This document shows positions 22,428-36,513 of a stretch of DNA of 64,000 bases, piece by piece; the stretch's first letter is position 1, and every line of letters begins with the position of its first letter. The position numbers and the translations under genes are program-made. The stretch is from Octopus sinensis (taxonomy: Eukaryota): NCBI RefSeq assembly GCF_006345805.1, contig NC_043004.1, positions 37,510,001 to 37,574,000 of the forward strand, in the 5' to 3' direction. The notes under the pieces are model-generated. The model was given only the letters and a program-made list of their open reading frames with translations, was not told the DNA's origin and did no database searches.

Positions 22428-25400
22428 AGAATTTTTTTAAGGCAATACCTTGGTGATTTTATTTTATTTTCATCTCTAAAATTAAAATTTAAAACTGTGT
22501 TTTTGACCAAGAGAAATTTCTTGACATTGGATAGATTTCTTCTGAAATTCATCTGATATAAACCTACTGGCTGTGAAAACTTTCATCTTGTAGTTACCTA
22601 TAAAGCAATTCTTTATAAGGGTTTCCAAACTATCCCAAAGAATTGTTGTTATTAAAATATCTATATTTTTCATCATATTGATGAGCATCACTTCAAGAAA
22701 TCTTACAAAAATGATGCCTTTTTGTTGTTTGTAAATTGCCTATTACAAAACTGATTGCTTTTAAATCAAATATTGCTATTTCGTATGGTTTCTTTGTTAA
22801 TTTCTGCTAGAACATTATTTATAATAGAATTAAGTTTATATTGAAATACTCTAGCAATTGTTGTTTCTAATTTTGTAACTTGATGAATTTTATGCTTAAT
22901 CTGATTCTAATCTGCACTTTCCAATAAAGATTCTTCTCCCAGCATTTTGATGCTAAATACTGACAGGTAGTGTTGTTGCTGAAAATATGGAGATTAATTT
23001 TGGCTTAATATTCTAAATATTCTGAAATAGAAATTGCTTTAGGACCAGATATTAGAAACATATTACACATGGCAGAGAATTGACTGGGGTGTTAGCACTT
23101 GAGACAAAATGTTTTGCAGTATTTTTGTTCTGACTTTCAGTTCAAGTCCCACCATGGTTGATTTTGTGTTTTTGCAGTCAATAAAACCAGAAGACCTGTC
23201 CAGGTCAGTGAATTGATTGAATTGTTAGAACAAGCGACAAAATGCTTTGCTACAAAATGTTTTAATTCTTCGCAGAGTTTCGGGAGATAATCTGTTGGTT
23301 GGTTTAGCAGGATTCACTCTGTTGCTGGCATTCATGTCAGTTCTCTGATTTGGAGATAAATTACTTCTACCTGTCTTGTAAACCCTGGAAAAATAAAAGG
23401 TTATGGATTTTGCCTTTTCCTCCCCAAGCAATAAAAAAAGCAATGTATTATATATAAATTATCCTGCAAAAAGCAGTGAAAATATTCCACATGTTTTTCT
23501 ACAAAATAAGTAATATAAATTTTTGTACATAGTATGGACACACTTGCTAATTTGTTTGAAGCTCATTTTTCTACTTGAGTGAAAAGTGTTAATTTATGTA
23601 ATGAAATATTAATGATGGGACAGCAGCAAAAAGATTTAAGTGTTAATGTCTGTATATAGATAGAATTATTTTGGGACTTTTAATAATATTTATTATGATT
23701 GACTTATTTATTGTTTTAATACTTCAGACAGTTGTAGACTTTACAGATTTTTGCACTGTCATTGTTTGAAACACTCAAGTCACTTGATGTTACACATTGT
23801 ATTTAATCCTCAAAATAACTTGAAATTGTTTAAATGGTTGATCATTTTGTGCAGCTGTATGTCTTCAGAATTCAGTATGGAATCATTGTTACTAAACAAT
23901 GAGTCTAAATTGTACAGATAACCTGTATAATTTTCTTTGTCATAAATTTTGGATTTAGGATGAGAGGCACTTAATGAAACAGTAATTACTCTCATTATGT
24001 TGGTCCTGCAATTGTTTTTATAATAGTGTTGATATTTTCATATGCTTTGTTACTTGATGGAATTATTTCAAATTTATTGAAATTTTCCATCATTATCCTT
24101 GTCTTTGTAATGTCATCTGTACCTCTGGCATGTGTAAATTCCAAAGAGGCAAGCAAGTGTTGTTTGTGGACCAATGTCTGTAAATACATCACATCATGAC
24201 CTTCAACATACAAATAAAAACTTGTCACTATAACAGTCGACACGTTTTGATTTTATAATATAAGCAGTTTGATTCTTGTTCAACCATTTGTATAAAGGGA
24301 GAAAAGCATATTAAAAAGTAATTTGTTTCTTATTCTCCTTTCTCTCAAAAGTATTATAAGTATGAAACTCAATATGTTATATTGTTTATACAAGTAATAA
24401 TTCATACTTCCCAATAGTTCCATATCCATAGATAGTCCTGTTTCTGCATGTTGTGTGGAACAGTTGATAGTCAATTATTCTTAAACTCAAGCTTATTGCT
24501 CTCAAAAAAAGAAAAAAGAAAAAAAATTCCAACATTTAAAATTTACATTTTATATTTTGCCTTAAATCTACCTCTTGTTTGGAGGCTCCAAAATACTGTA
24601 GTTGGACATGATGGCAGGGTCAAATAATTATGCTGATGAAATCAGAATATCCAACAATACACAACATCATTTATGAGTAGGGTAATTTTTTCCTTAGTGA
24701 TTTTTACAGTATTTTCTTTTAAATTCTTTCTATACAATCCATTATGATTTAAAATTTAATAGGACAATATATTTTTGCTGACTTTTAAATATTATAGAAA
24801 GTCTTTTGCAAAGCTAAAAATTGATATCTTAGTATGGCATGTATCTAATTTTCTGCACTCTGTATCACCATTGTACATTAAATATGCAAATTTTAGAATA
24901 TTTTTTAAAAACTTTGCAGATATGTCTAGATTTTCAAGTACTAATATTCTCATTTACAATATTAATTACTTTATGACTTGTTTAATCTAAGTCCTTTAAA
25001 AGAAAACTTTGTAAAATAACAAGAATGGTGAGTTTATTTTAATGAGTTGAATATATGTCAGTATATTAATAGGTTTACAGTGTAATTAAAATTATTCTAA
25101 GATAGTTAATTTTCATTTGTTTAAAGACTAGAGAACTTAATAGTGTTAAATCCATGGTTGTATCTCACTAAGCTGCAAATGTTTTTGCTATTTCCATTTA
25201 AAACTCATTGAAAATGAAAGGTGTATAAAGTTTAAAAATAGTAACACTACAACGAAAAAAGATCAGTGTTAATAATCTTCTAATTTTTACATAGTTTACA
25301 AAAATAATTGTCTAGAAGACAGATCAAAGAATGAAAATAGTTTGTGACAAGTATTTTGTGTTTTAAACCTTTTCTCAAACATTTGGTTGCTCAGTGAAAG

Positions 25401-28400
25401 GTTTCGAAAATTTTAGATGCTTATGCTGTACTTTATTTTATGAAGTTGATTATACTATTTCTTATTCCATCATTGATATATATATATATATATATATATC
25501 TCAATCTTAAAACTATGGTACTCCTGCTCAACATGTCAGTAGGCAAAAAGATATTAATAAATGAGGACTGTGATTATAAAAGTTTGATGTCATTTTTCAA
25601 GGCTTATTTATTAATTCAAAATATCTACATTTATTTTTTCCAACCAATTCATAAGCTTCATTACTATTTGACTACCATGTCACAGCTCTGAAGACTTCAT
25701 TTCTTTTATTCACTTGTGCTAAATTTTTGGCAATATTACCTGTCAATTCCCCTCCAAGTCCATTTTTTAACCCTTTCATTACCAACCTGCCCGTCATCGT
25801 AGAATACCAGAGCACATCTGTATTTGCCTATTTATATATATAAATATCATTACTACATTAATAATGACATGATTTTAATACATAAACACTTGTATATTGA
25901 GAATTTTCTCTTTTCCAAATGTTTTTTTAAAATTTCTATTAACATTGTCCTTTCTTTAAAGTAAGTAAATTTATTTAAGCATCAAACTTATTAGTTGTTC
26001 TGAACTAGAATGATGGTGGTTTCAGTTTTCAAATGTGTCATGTTGGATGGAAGTATTTAAAGTAATGGATGGAACAAAAACTTCAAATATTTCTATTCAA
26101 AAATTTCAGAAACTATGCTCAATCACTCATTAATTCTAATTCAGCCCTTAAACAAAGAAGAAAAAAAAAAAAAGGCAAACTAAAGAAAATTAAGGCACTT
26201 TTGCCACGAATATAGTAATTAACATTTTTACCTGTAATTGGAGTAGTCTTGAAACAAATTCCATAACAGATTTAAGGAAGTATCTTTCTCTGTGCAAAAC
26301 ACCACTTAAAATTTTTTTTTAAATGTTATTTTATTGAATGATTATTTTAGAATTCAGTTGAACTCTGTAGGAGTGTATTTTTTGTTAGAAATATAATCAT
26401 AAAAGTGTCATGTATACATTCATATTTAGGGCCTTATAGGGTGAAAAGAAGGCTAGATTATGAAGATGTTGCATATGGGAATTGTGAAGCGATAAGCTTG
26501 AAATAGTAACCAGATCTTTAAATCATACCCTTCCATTTTATATAAATACATGATACATTAAGTACCTGACAATCTGAAAAGCTTCTTTCACGCCCGTGGA
26601 ATCAGTGCTATTGTTATAGGATTTCTGCTTGGATATTCAATAAACACCTTTGGAACCAAGCTTGATGGAACTTATACTACTGGCACTTTGGAATATTGGT
26701 GGAAAAGCATCCAATTAAAGACCATGAGTCTTTTGCCAATTACTGATGAACATATTAAATAATGCCTTTCATCATGTCTACTCAATCAAGATTGATCAGT
26801 AACTGAGCATTATGTCCTAATTAAGTTAGATATTTATTTATTCTTGCAATGTTAGATCAGTATTATGTATCAAAGGGCTACGAGTTGTAATTTAAAGGTG
26901 AAAAATCATCCGAAAAATAAAACAATGTCCAGGAATCAAATGTGTTGCAGACTATCATTTCTTCTTACGTCTGTATCTGCTCAACTTTGTAATCACTAAT
27001 TTCTCAGTTTTCTGGTTTACAAAGACCATTTTGAATGGTAGGGGAGATTTGTATAATAGGAACATTTGGGGTAGCTAAAGAAATTTCAATTTCTATGACA
27101 AATTAGGATACTTTCAATATAGAGCAAATATATACTTTGGGGTTAAATATTTAGTATAATGTCTAAAATTGAGTCCTCTTTTTTTTTTTTTTAACAAGAA
27201 TTAGTCATTGTGACATTGACTGGGGAAAACATGCAGCCATATAAACTTTTTGGCTCTGATTTGGTGCTTGTTCACCAGAATTTCAAGATAATTTTTCTAA
27301 TTTTATTTTCAATGTCATCTTTGAATGTTGTTTTTATTATCATTATGATTGTTATTAACACTGTCACATGCTAATCTTGTATGTATTGTTTAAAATACAC
27401 CTAAAATTAATAATTTGTTACATTTTAAAATTTCCCACTAGAAAGAAAATACTCTGGGAGCAGATTACTGCCAAAAATTATCTTTAGAAAGTTCATGTTA
27501 GCCTTTTCAATCTATAGTCCTTGTTAGCTCTTTAAATCCCTTCTTTTCAGAGCAAATATATACAAAGAGGAATAAAAACAATTCCTGGACTGACTTGCCA
27601 GATTCCTTGAAAATGTCTTTCAGCAGAGCTGTGATATACCCCTTGCTGGCAGGGTTACCAAGGATAAATCAAGTTTCTGGTTAATTTTATTTTCAAAATT
27701 GCTATTATCATTTTGTCCCTCCTTTTGCTACTTGTACTTATCAGAAAAGTGTGCAAAAAAGAAAGCTTATTATAACTGTATTTATAACTGCAAACAGGAA
27801 TAATGAGTCTCTTTTTGAAAAATTTTCAGAACTTACCTTTTATTTATTTTGTTTTTCAAGGGTATCACCTTTCTTGAGTTGTATTTGGGAGTAAGTTCTG
27901 AAATTTTTTCTATAAACAAAATTTGCTTTTTTATTCAGCTTGTCTTTTTCTAAACACTTTTCCATTCCAATTTAATCCAAAGCAGAGAGTTCAACAATAC
28001 TGTCCAAATATTTGAATTTGATAAGAAAAAATGCTATGCCATATTGGCTAGAGACTAATTTTCAAGTTCACTGTGCTAACTAAACCAACTATGTGAGAAA
28101 TGGTTAGACCTTAACATGCATACTTCTCAAAAATAAGGCCATATCAAATCACAGATGTCTTGCAGACCAAATGTATTCTGGTGTACGGGTTTCCCTATGT
28201 GATAAAATGAATGTTTCAAGCAAGAAGTGTAAGTTAATTTACTTGAAAGCACCAAAAAATTTTAATTACTGATATTTTCTACAACAATGTAATTTGTTTT
28301 AATTTATTGGATACTTTAAAATGTGTTGTTTTGAAGAATACATTTTTCAAGATGGTAACTATGAACATTTTCATGAATTTATTTTAAATTCTTTTTTAAA

Positions 28401-29139
28401 TATAATAAAGGCTTACTTCTATGCTTTGGGTTTTGTTATTTTTACAATGTATTATTCAAACTTGTGCATGACCAAATTAAAAAAACAAATACCTGGTTTT
28501 TCTAACCATACAAGCTTGAATGAAAGAATGCACTAACAATTCTTTGAAGCATTTCTAAAGCTAGTATAATTTCCATAACATGAAGGTAACAAGCACTGAT
28601 GAAAGAAGTGAAGCTGGTTACCATGTTTGCTAATAAAAATTAAAATCTGGATCACCCTAAAGCAGGAGTGGGTGTCCTCAGGTAGATTAGTGTTAAATTA
28701 ATAATATTACAAGTAAAAAATATTTGTCAGCTATATACGAAGTTATACCAAGGAAATTTACATTATAAGCTATATTTAAGACAGTTGGGTGGATTTAAGG
28801 GAGATAGAGCTGTTTTTAATTAGGTTGAGTGATGAAATAGTACCCCCATTGTTCAACATGTACATTTTATTACACAGCAGAAAGCAACTATCTCCTATGC
28901 TATTTAGTTCCTTTTGAGAAGTAGTGTGAGATTTTGTTACTTATGGAGACTGATGAAAGGAAAAGTATATATATAGATGCTATGTGCCGGGTTTCCTACG
29001 GCTATAAATTTGCTTAGTAACAAAGTCAAAGTAATCCAATATAATTTGTCCTATTAAAGCAAAATATTTTATCTTAATACTGTAGTTTTTATAAATGAAA
29101 TGCTATTGTGTTTGTACTGCAAACTGAGGATATTACAAT

Positions 29140-29325
29140 AATAATAATAATCCTTTCTACTATAGGCACAAGGCCTGAAATTGGGGGGGGGGCTAGCCAA
29201 TTTGCGTTAACTCCAGTACTTTACTGGTACTTAATTTATTGACCCCTGACAGGATGAAAGGCAAAGTTGATCTCAGAACGTAGTGATGGGTGAAATACTG
29301 CTAAGTACTTCATCCAGCGCACTGC
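29140..29325 (-). mobile_element. Degenerate SINE (second family) with (ATT)n tail
   Basis: ttaatttattgaccc...ggatgaaaggcaaagt shared with 20983-21211. Confidence 0.65.
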
Positions 29326-30120
29326 CTTAATAATGATGCAGTTATTTATCAATATCTGTCATAACTTATCTACAAAAATTATCCCCTTATGGAAATTAAT
29401 TATCCATTAATTAATTTCACCAGTTCAGAATAATTTAGTTTAACAATTATCTTTGTTTTATTTGTCCCTCTAATGTGTAACTAATTTCCCCCGTCACCTT
29501 ACAGAGTTTATTTCTCAGTTATATAAACACATATAAGTTGTAGCAAATATCAGACGTATTTAAAATATTTGATAAACATTTATATACAACATATCTAAAA
29601 TCTAAAATGATTAAACTATCTTCTGAAACCTTTCCCCGTGGAACTTAATAATCAGATAAGTTTCATGGTTTATTGACCATTCATCAGAAGAGCACACCAT
29701 TTGCCTATGAAGAGAATTTAGAGTATTTGATATTTATAATAAATACCAACAAGAACTTAGCTATGCTAGGTAGACTATTTTCTATACTATTCGTTTGCCA
29801 GTGGCTTGAATTATGCCCAACACAGCGAGTGTAGTTTTATATGCATACATCTTTCTATCCCATTCAGCCCCACTACTATAACTGTTTTCAAAGCAAAAGA
29901 CATTTAATCCACAGGTCTTTGAAAGCATATTGTGAAGGATCATGTAAACATGATTCGCAGCATTACTCAAAGCAAAGCTGTGCAATATCAGTATTTACTT
30001 ATGAGGTGCTGGGTTGTCCAGGGTAGTTGTAGAAGACTTGCATACTGGAATGAAGCCTAGAAATGGTTGGTTGCAAACTTCTTAATGACATAATCATGCC
30101 ACTACTATTTATAAAATATA

Positions 30121-31450
30121 TTAGCTTAAGGTGACCCGCTCTACGTGCGGGCAAGAGTGTGGTTGTTACTTTCTGTTTTTTATCACTCTCTTACTCTTCC
30201 TTTCTCTCGGACTCTCCCTCGCTTTCTCTTACTCTATCTTTTTCTATCTATCTCTCTCCCATTTATAAACAACAAAAGATGTTGAGAAAGAAAATATTTT
30301 GAAAGATCAATCAGGCAGTGACAACGGAAAGGTCTACTTCAAGGCGGACAGCAAAACACTAACATTTAAAAGGGACAGACGAACTCGTGAGCTGAATAAA
30401 AATAAAAATATATTGGAAACCAAAGTTTGAAGGGATAGAATCTGAGGATAGTAGACTCAATATGGCTGGGATTTCTTAACGACGGACAGCAACATAATGG
30501 CAGTTTAACAGCTGGCGCAAAAGTTTGAACTTGATGTAAAAGAAAATTCCTAAACACCAAGTTTTGAAGTGATTCTTTCTCACGACAGTAGACTCACCAT
30601 GGCAAGCATTCAAAACTTCATCATGGACGGCAACACATTGAAGATTTAGAGGCTGGCGCAAATTTTTTAGCTTGATGTAACAGAGAATTCCTAAACACCC
30701 ACTCCTGTAAATTTTAACCCCCTTCCAGCTCTATATAGACCCCTTTTTATATTTTGGTTAATATAACCCGATTTCATTCGGGTCTACTTGGGCCACATTT
30801 TATAAGATGAGGAATTTTGTCCTAGAGTCACGCCTTTCATTTGAGGAAAAAAATAGTTGCCATGCAAACTCGCCAGCACTTTTAACATAGGTGTGCATAT
30901 TTTCAGCTCAGCCGATCACATAATCCACACATTATATATATATATACATGCATTAAATATATATATATGTACATATATACGCATTATATATATATATACA
31001 CACACACAAATATATAAATTAACCCAATAAATATCCAATTCATAATATTTGTTCTCATGATTGTGTGGTGGTGGTGATAATAATTCTCTCTATGAATGCA
31101 GATAGACGTAGAGAGAGAGAGGATATGGGAGAAAGACTGACAGAGCTGGCGAAGGAAAGATAGAAGCTGTGAAACGTTATAGAAAGTGAAGGGAAGGGAA
31201 GGAAAGAGAGAGACAGAGGACAGGTAGATAAGAGAAAGAGAGAAACAACATACACTTGTCAAAGTGTGGGGGTTTTTTTGCCCTAGTAATCACAGCTTTT
31301 GAGATAGGGATTTCTAACCTAGCCCACTCACATCCTCGCCTCTTTTTGCATGTCCCTGTAAATTTTGGAATGAATCCAACGGGATCTAGTGCCCTTTAAC
31401 CCATTCCAATGCCAAAACCAGACAAACTTTTTGCATTTCAGATTTATAGA
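30121..31450 (-). mobile_element. Non-autonomous Helitron A, related to element B
   Basis: 5' TCTATAAATCTGAAATG at 31450; 3' CCCGCACGTAGAGCGGG hairpin and CTAA at 30121; A^T target; termini homologous to those of 31457-36513; internal 48-bp direct repeat (30511-30558 / 30652-30699). Confidence 0.75.
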
Positions 31451-31456
31451 TATTGA

Positions 31457-34400
31457 CTAGCTGAAGGTGACCCACTCTACGCGCGGGTAAGAGTGTGGTA
31501 TGTGTGTGTGTATATATAAATGTATACAAATTATATATATATATAAATACAGATATATACACTTTGTATATATACATATTTATATATAGATACACACACA
31601 CACACACACACACACATATAAATTAACCCAATAAATATCTGATTCATAATATTTGTTGTCATGATTATGTGGTGGTCGCAGCGATGATAATTCTCTATGA
31701 ATGCAGACAGACGTAGAGAGTGAGAGTGTGTGGAAGGGAGGGGGGGGTTACGGATGCTGTGAAACGACGTTATAAAGAGAAAGTGAAAGGAAGGGAGAAA
31801 AGAGTGAGTGATGGAGGAAGAGATACATAAAAGAATGAGAGTGGGTGATGTTTTGTTTGTTGAACCAATGTATTAAGGTAGTATTGTTTTATTGTTTTAA
31901 AACGAAAGAGGCAATGTGTTTGTTTCAAAAATAAAAAAAGACAAACGTCCGCCAATGGGAGGACAGATCATATTCGATTAGAGCACTCTGGGTATATCAT
32001 AAAAGTGAAAAATGGAATTTCGGTGGCGAATATTGTAGAGGACTCTAAAAAAAAAAGAATTTTTTTAACCTGCAGGAAGATAGTTTAAACCAAAAAAGGC
32101 AGAATGTAAACTCACATCTATAATAGTGTATGAAATTAGAATTCACACCCAGCTCAGTTTTGTAGAAAGAGTATCACGAAGTGAACTCATGAGTTGGGAG
32201 TTTGACTGAGAGAGTTTATATGGTGACACATGCCAGTCCCTTCGACACCACCTAAACAATGGAATAGTGTATAAAATGTAATTAACAACTCATTCACTTT
32301 ATGAATGTCTTATGTTAGCGAAGAAACAATAACTTGACAAAACCGTTTAATGGAGACGTAGAAGGAATCGGAAAATGAGTTATATCAAATGTTTGCAAAC
32401 ATCTGAACCCAATATTCTTTTTAATGTCTTTATTTTCAAGAATGAAGAGGTGCAAAATAAAAAAATCAAGCAAAATTTCATGACTTACAATCAGTTTTCT
32501 TTTGTCAGAGCCTCCTGATAAACCACGTTCCTTGTGCGCTCATGATTGCCAAGAATGAAGAGTTTATGTGGATTTCCAACTCGAGAACAGGCTACGTACA
32601 ATTGACCATGATTGAAAACCGGTTGTGACAGGTTAATGCCTACAATGTCCAGTGATTGTCATCGCGAAGCATAGTTTTATCAGAAATTGAAAGCGTTTAA
32701 ACTAAATGGGAACATCAGAGGGTGAAATACTCATTTTATGTATCATCTTGATTGTTCCTACAAATGGTCCACTCAAAATTTCAGCAGTTATAACATGGCT
32801 TTGAATCCTCCTTATAACCATTCGGGTTCCATTGCATATTTCAGGTGTTTCCATATTTCTGAGCACCAACTTTCAAACACAAATGATGAGGTGGAAGTCC
32901 CGGAGGTGTTAGCTTGTTGAGTAGCTCGGGTGGATATTTGACTGCATCATTCTCATCTTTATTTGTATCGATGGACATGAAAGAAACTATCTCACCAGGA
33001 ATCATATCAAGCACTTGTTTATTTGTAGCATCAGCTGTTGTATTATGAGGCGATAGAATAGCTCTTGCTCTTAGCCAATCGAGATCCTGGAAGTTGGTTT
33101 CGACGTCAGGTAAAACGGCTCTTATAAGTTCTTCTACATTTGGAACAAAATTCCCAAAAGGCAAAACTCCATCACCAAGATCTAATACGTGTTTTGCGAA
33201 AGCCTCAGACTCCACATCACCATGTAGGTGGACTCTCATGTTTGTTTGAAGATGGCGACTGATAACACTGTGCCACACATAAGAATGCTTTATACATGCA
33301 TTAACCTCATTGGCTCTAGTGCCTGCTCGGACAACAGGAAGAGTTTGTCGAAAATCTCCTGCCATGAGAAACGTAGCTCCACCCATTATTTTTGTATTGT
33401 GACGCAAATCTTGGAGAGTTCTGTCAAGAGCCTCAAACATGGCCTCATTACTCATTGTAGCCTCATCCCAAATAAAAAGACTGCATTCACGAAGTCTTGC
33501 TCTTGAGGAACTACGATCTATATTACATATAGGATTATCTTTCTTTCCAATGTCCATGGGCAATTTGAATGCACTATGTGCCGTATGGCCGCCTTGAAGC
33601 AGTGTCGCTGCAATACCACTTGAGGCACACGCAATGGCAATTCGACGTTCAGCGCGCAGCTTTGCGAGAATCAAATTGATAACAAAAGTTTTACCAGTAC
33701 CACCTGGAGCATTCAAAAAGAAAAGCTTTCCTTGGTTCAATCTAACGCTGTCAATAATTTCATTATAAATATCTCTTTGTTCAGGCAAAAGTCTTGGTTC
33801 ATCTCGCGTAATTGTTTCCGTCAATTCGGCAATGTTGTAGTTTTTTTCTGACATGTAATCAACATCCAAAGGCACTTCATGATGGACAGGTGTTGGTAGA
33901 TGGAATTCACTTACTTAATCCACGTATAACATAGCGTCTGATGTGTCTGTCCATGTCGATTAATGCCTCATTATAAAGATCGTCGTTGCCATCACGTAGC
34001 GCTAAATTAGCCTGTATGTCCTTTGATAGGTTCTGTCTGAACGATTCCCAAAGGTTAAGAGGGTTGCTGGGATTACAGTGGATTAATATGCTACAAAACA
34101 GTCGACGCATTTGCCATAACAGTTTACAATTTGAGGCCTCTGCTAATGTCCTGTGTAAGTGGTCGTCATTAAGAAGTCCGCGCCTCAAACATGCTTCCCT
34201 GTAAGTGGCGCAGATGATACCATCAACCGTGCGAAGATCAGCAAAAGACTTCGGTCCAGTAACTACATGAAGTAGCATTCTCAAAAAGATTTCCTGTTTG
34301 GTAGGATGAATATTATACACACGCCCAATGACATTCTTCCTAGAAACACCGGGCCAATTGTCAAGTTCTGTTCCATGTGAGCTGCGCTTCCAATTATTGT

Positions 34401-36513
34401 TGTTGTATGTGTAATATTCCGGTACTTCAGGGTAAATGAGAGTAGCAGCAAACTCATCAACTGAACACAATTTAAAAAACGCTGTAAGCGTAGTCCCTTT
34501 TGGATTTTCAATGACTTGATGTGCATTTTTCTCTGTGAAGTAAACCAGCTGTCTCTTCTGTAAATGAACATTCAGGTGGAAAACTGATGGTGAGCTTAGA
34601 TGAATCTCGTATCCAAAAATGCGCCACGCTGCATAATTGGAGGATACATACCTACCCAAAACGAATTGTTTAATTTCGTCATGTCTAAGGTCTTCATCAC
34701 TGAACATAAACACGGCCATATCATCGCCCTTATTAATGTACTTGCAGAGGTATTGTATGCATCTCACCGAACCGCAGTACTCAACATTAATGTGTGCATT
34801 AAATGTTTTGGAAAGCAAAGGTTTGAATGGAACGATCCAGGCATTATCAACATCGAATGTTTTTAACCGTTGTCTAATTCTAGCTGTGCGGCCACCCAAA
34901 CCTGGGTCACGCCTTCAGTAGATGGGATATCCGTCATTCGTAGTGTAGGTTTGACCGCAATAGTCTCTAGGGTACCGCTTCGAACATCTTTTATTCTTCA
35001 TGCATGGACTTCTCGGATTAAGGTCACCACATGGACCGTGAATCATATGCTTTGTCACACTGCTGTACAGCTGAGGATCAGCATTTTGATCGGGCAACTC
35101 AGCAGATATAATTCTGTCAATATCCACAGGGTGGATTCTATCCTGACACCAGGCTAGCATATGAACGTGTGGAAGACCTCTCTTCTGCCATTCCACAGTA
35201 TACATCCAAGCAGACAGTGGGCCAAAAATATGCAAAACCTTCAGTAAAAATAGCATTTTCTTCAACTTGGCATGAAAAATGCACGCCACAATGTCATGTC
35301 TGTGCTCTGGCAGCTGCCCAGCGAACACATTCTCTTTAATCTCTGGCCAGGTAGGATTGCAGGTAAATGTAACAAAGAGATCCGGCTTTCCAAACTTACC
35401 GCGGTATGTCATTGCGTCCTGCATTCGTTTATTCATATACCGAGGTGAGCCAATAAATGTTGAAGGAAGAATAATACGTTTTCCAACGTTGGCTGCATCA
35501 CCGTCTTGACACATTGCATCCTCTAGATTAACGTATTCTATTGCTCTCAATTGGTCCTGGTGAGAACGAATGTATTTTAAACGTTCGGACTCAACTTTAC
35601 AATACATGTCGACCAAAAACTGATTGGTCAAAGAATGGCACCTTAGTAATAAATTGAAATCGTTTTCTCGCACCATGAGTCGATAGGTGTAAAATGCCTT
35701 GCAGGAAACCTTCTTGTCAAGAAGTGTGAGAATTGTGGGATCAACCTTTTGAATTTCTAAGTGGTATCCATCCTCTCCATGAGGAAAAAGGAGAGGGTAC
35801 TGCAAGCAATCGTAACATCGGTGTAATTCTGATATATAGGTGTGTGTGTGTGTGTGCACATATTATATATATATATATGTATAAATTAAATTAGAGATAA
35901 AACCACTAATAGGCAAATGAAACAGTAAAAAACCAAAAACAAAAACATAAAAATAAAAAATATAATATAGAAAATATATAAAATATAAAATTTATATATA
36001 TATATGTATATATGTGTGTGTGCGCTGGAGTCTCTCTCATACGTGAATTCGACTGGTAAGCAGGTAACCTTGTCTTTGTATTTGGTCGATCGACGCGTTG
36101 ACAGGTAGACAATAGAATGCGATGGCGATGGAATATTTGTTTCTCTGTATGAATGCAGACAGATACATAAGTGAAAGTTATGGGAAGCTAAGAGATAGAG
36201 TGAGTGAAAATGTTCTGGGAAGAGAGGAAATAGCGAGAGTGAGTTGAGGAAGACAGATACGTTAAATAACGGGAGTGGACTTGTCAAAGTTATAAATGGA
36301 AGGGGAGTTAGGGGGGAATGGAGGAAATAGCGTGAGTGAGGAAGATGGCCCCTAGCAACCACACCTTTTAAGATAGGGATTTCTAAGGTAGCCCACGGGC
36401 ATCGTCACCTCATTCTACATGTCCCTGTAAATTTTGGAGCGAATCAGATGGGATGTAGTGGCATTGAAAGCGAACCAAGCGGTAAAAACTCATTTCAGTT
36501 TTATATATAGAGA
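31457..36513 (-). mobile_element. Helitron B carrying a disrupted Rep-helicase gene
   Basis: 5' a|TCTCTATATATAAAACTGAAATG at 36513; 3' hairpin CCCGCGCGTAGAGTGGG and CTAG|t at 31457; contains RepHel ORFs. Confidence 0.9.
32491..35850 (-). pseudogene. Helitron Rep/PIF1-like helicase, frameshifted, N-terminus missing
   Basis: Rep motifs FVTFTCNPTWPEI, EWQKRGLPHVH (HUH) and YLCKYINKG; helicase APGGTGKT (Walker A), WDEATM (Walker B), GDFRQTLPV, and HGQLYVACSRV...RNVVYQEAL ending at stop 32491-32493; split over at least 4 frames. Confidence 0.92.

Noticed and set aside
33228-35509. + strand ORFs overlapping the Helitron gene (likewise antisense ORFs over RTE copies at 43876-44956 and 62434-63517)
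   Set aside because: Shadow ORFs of the opposite-strand coding sequence with no recognisable motifs.
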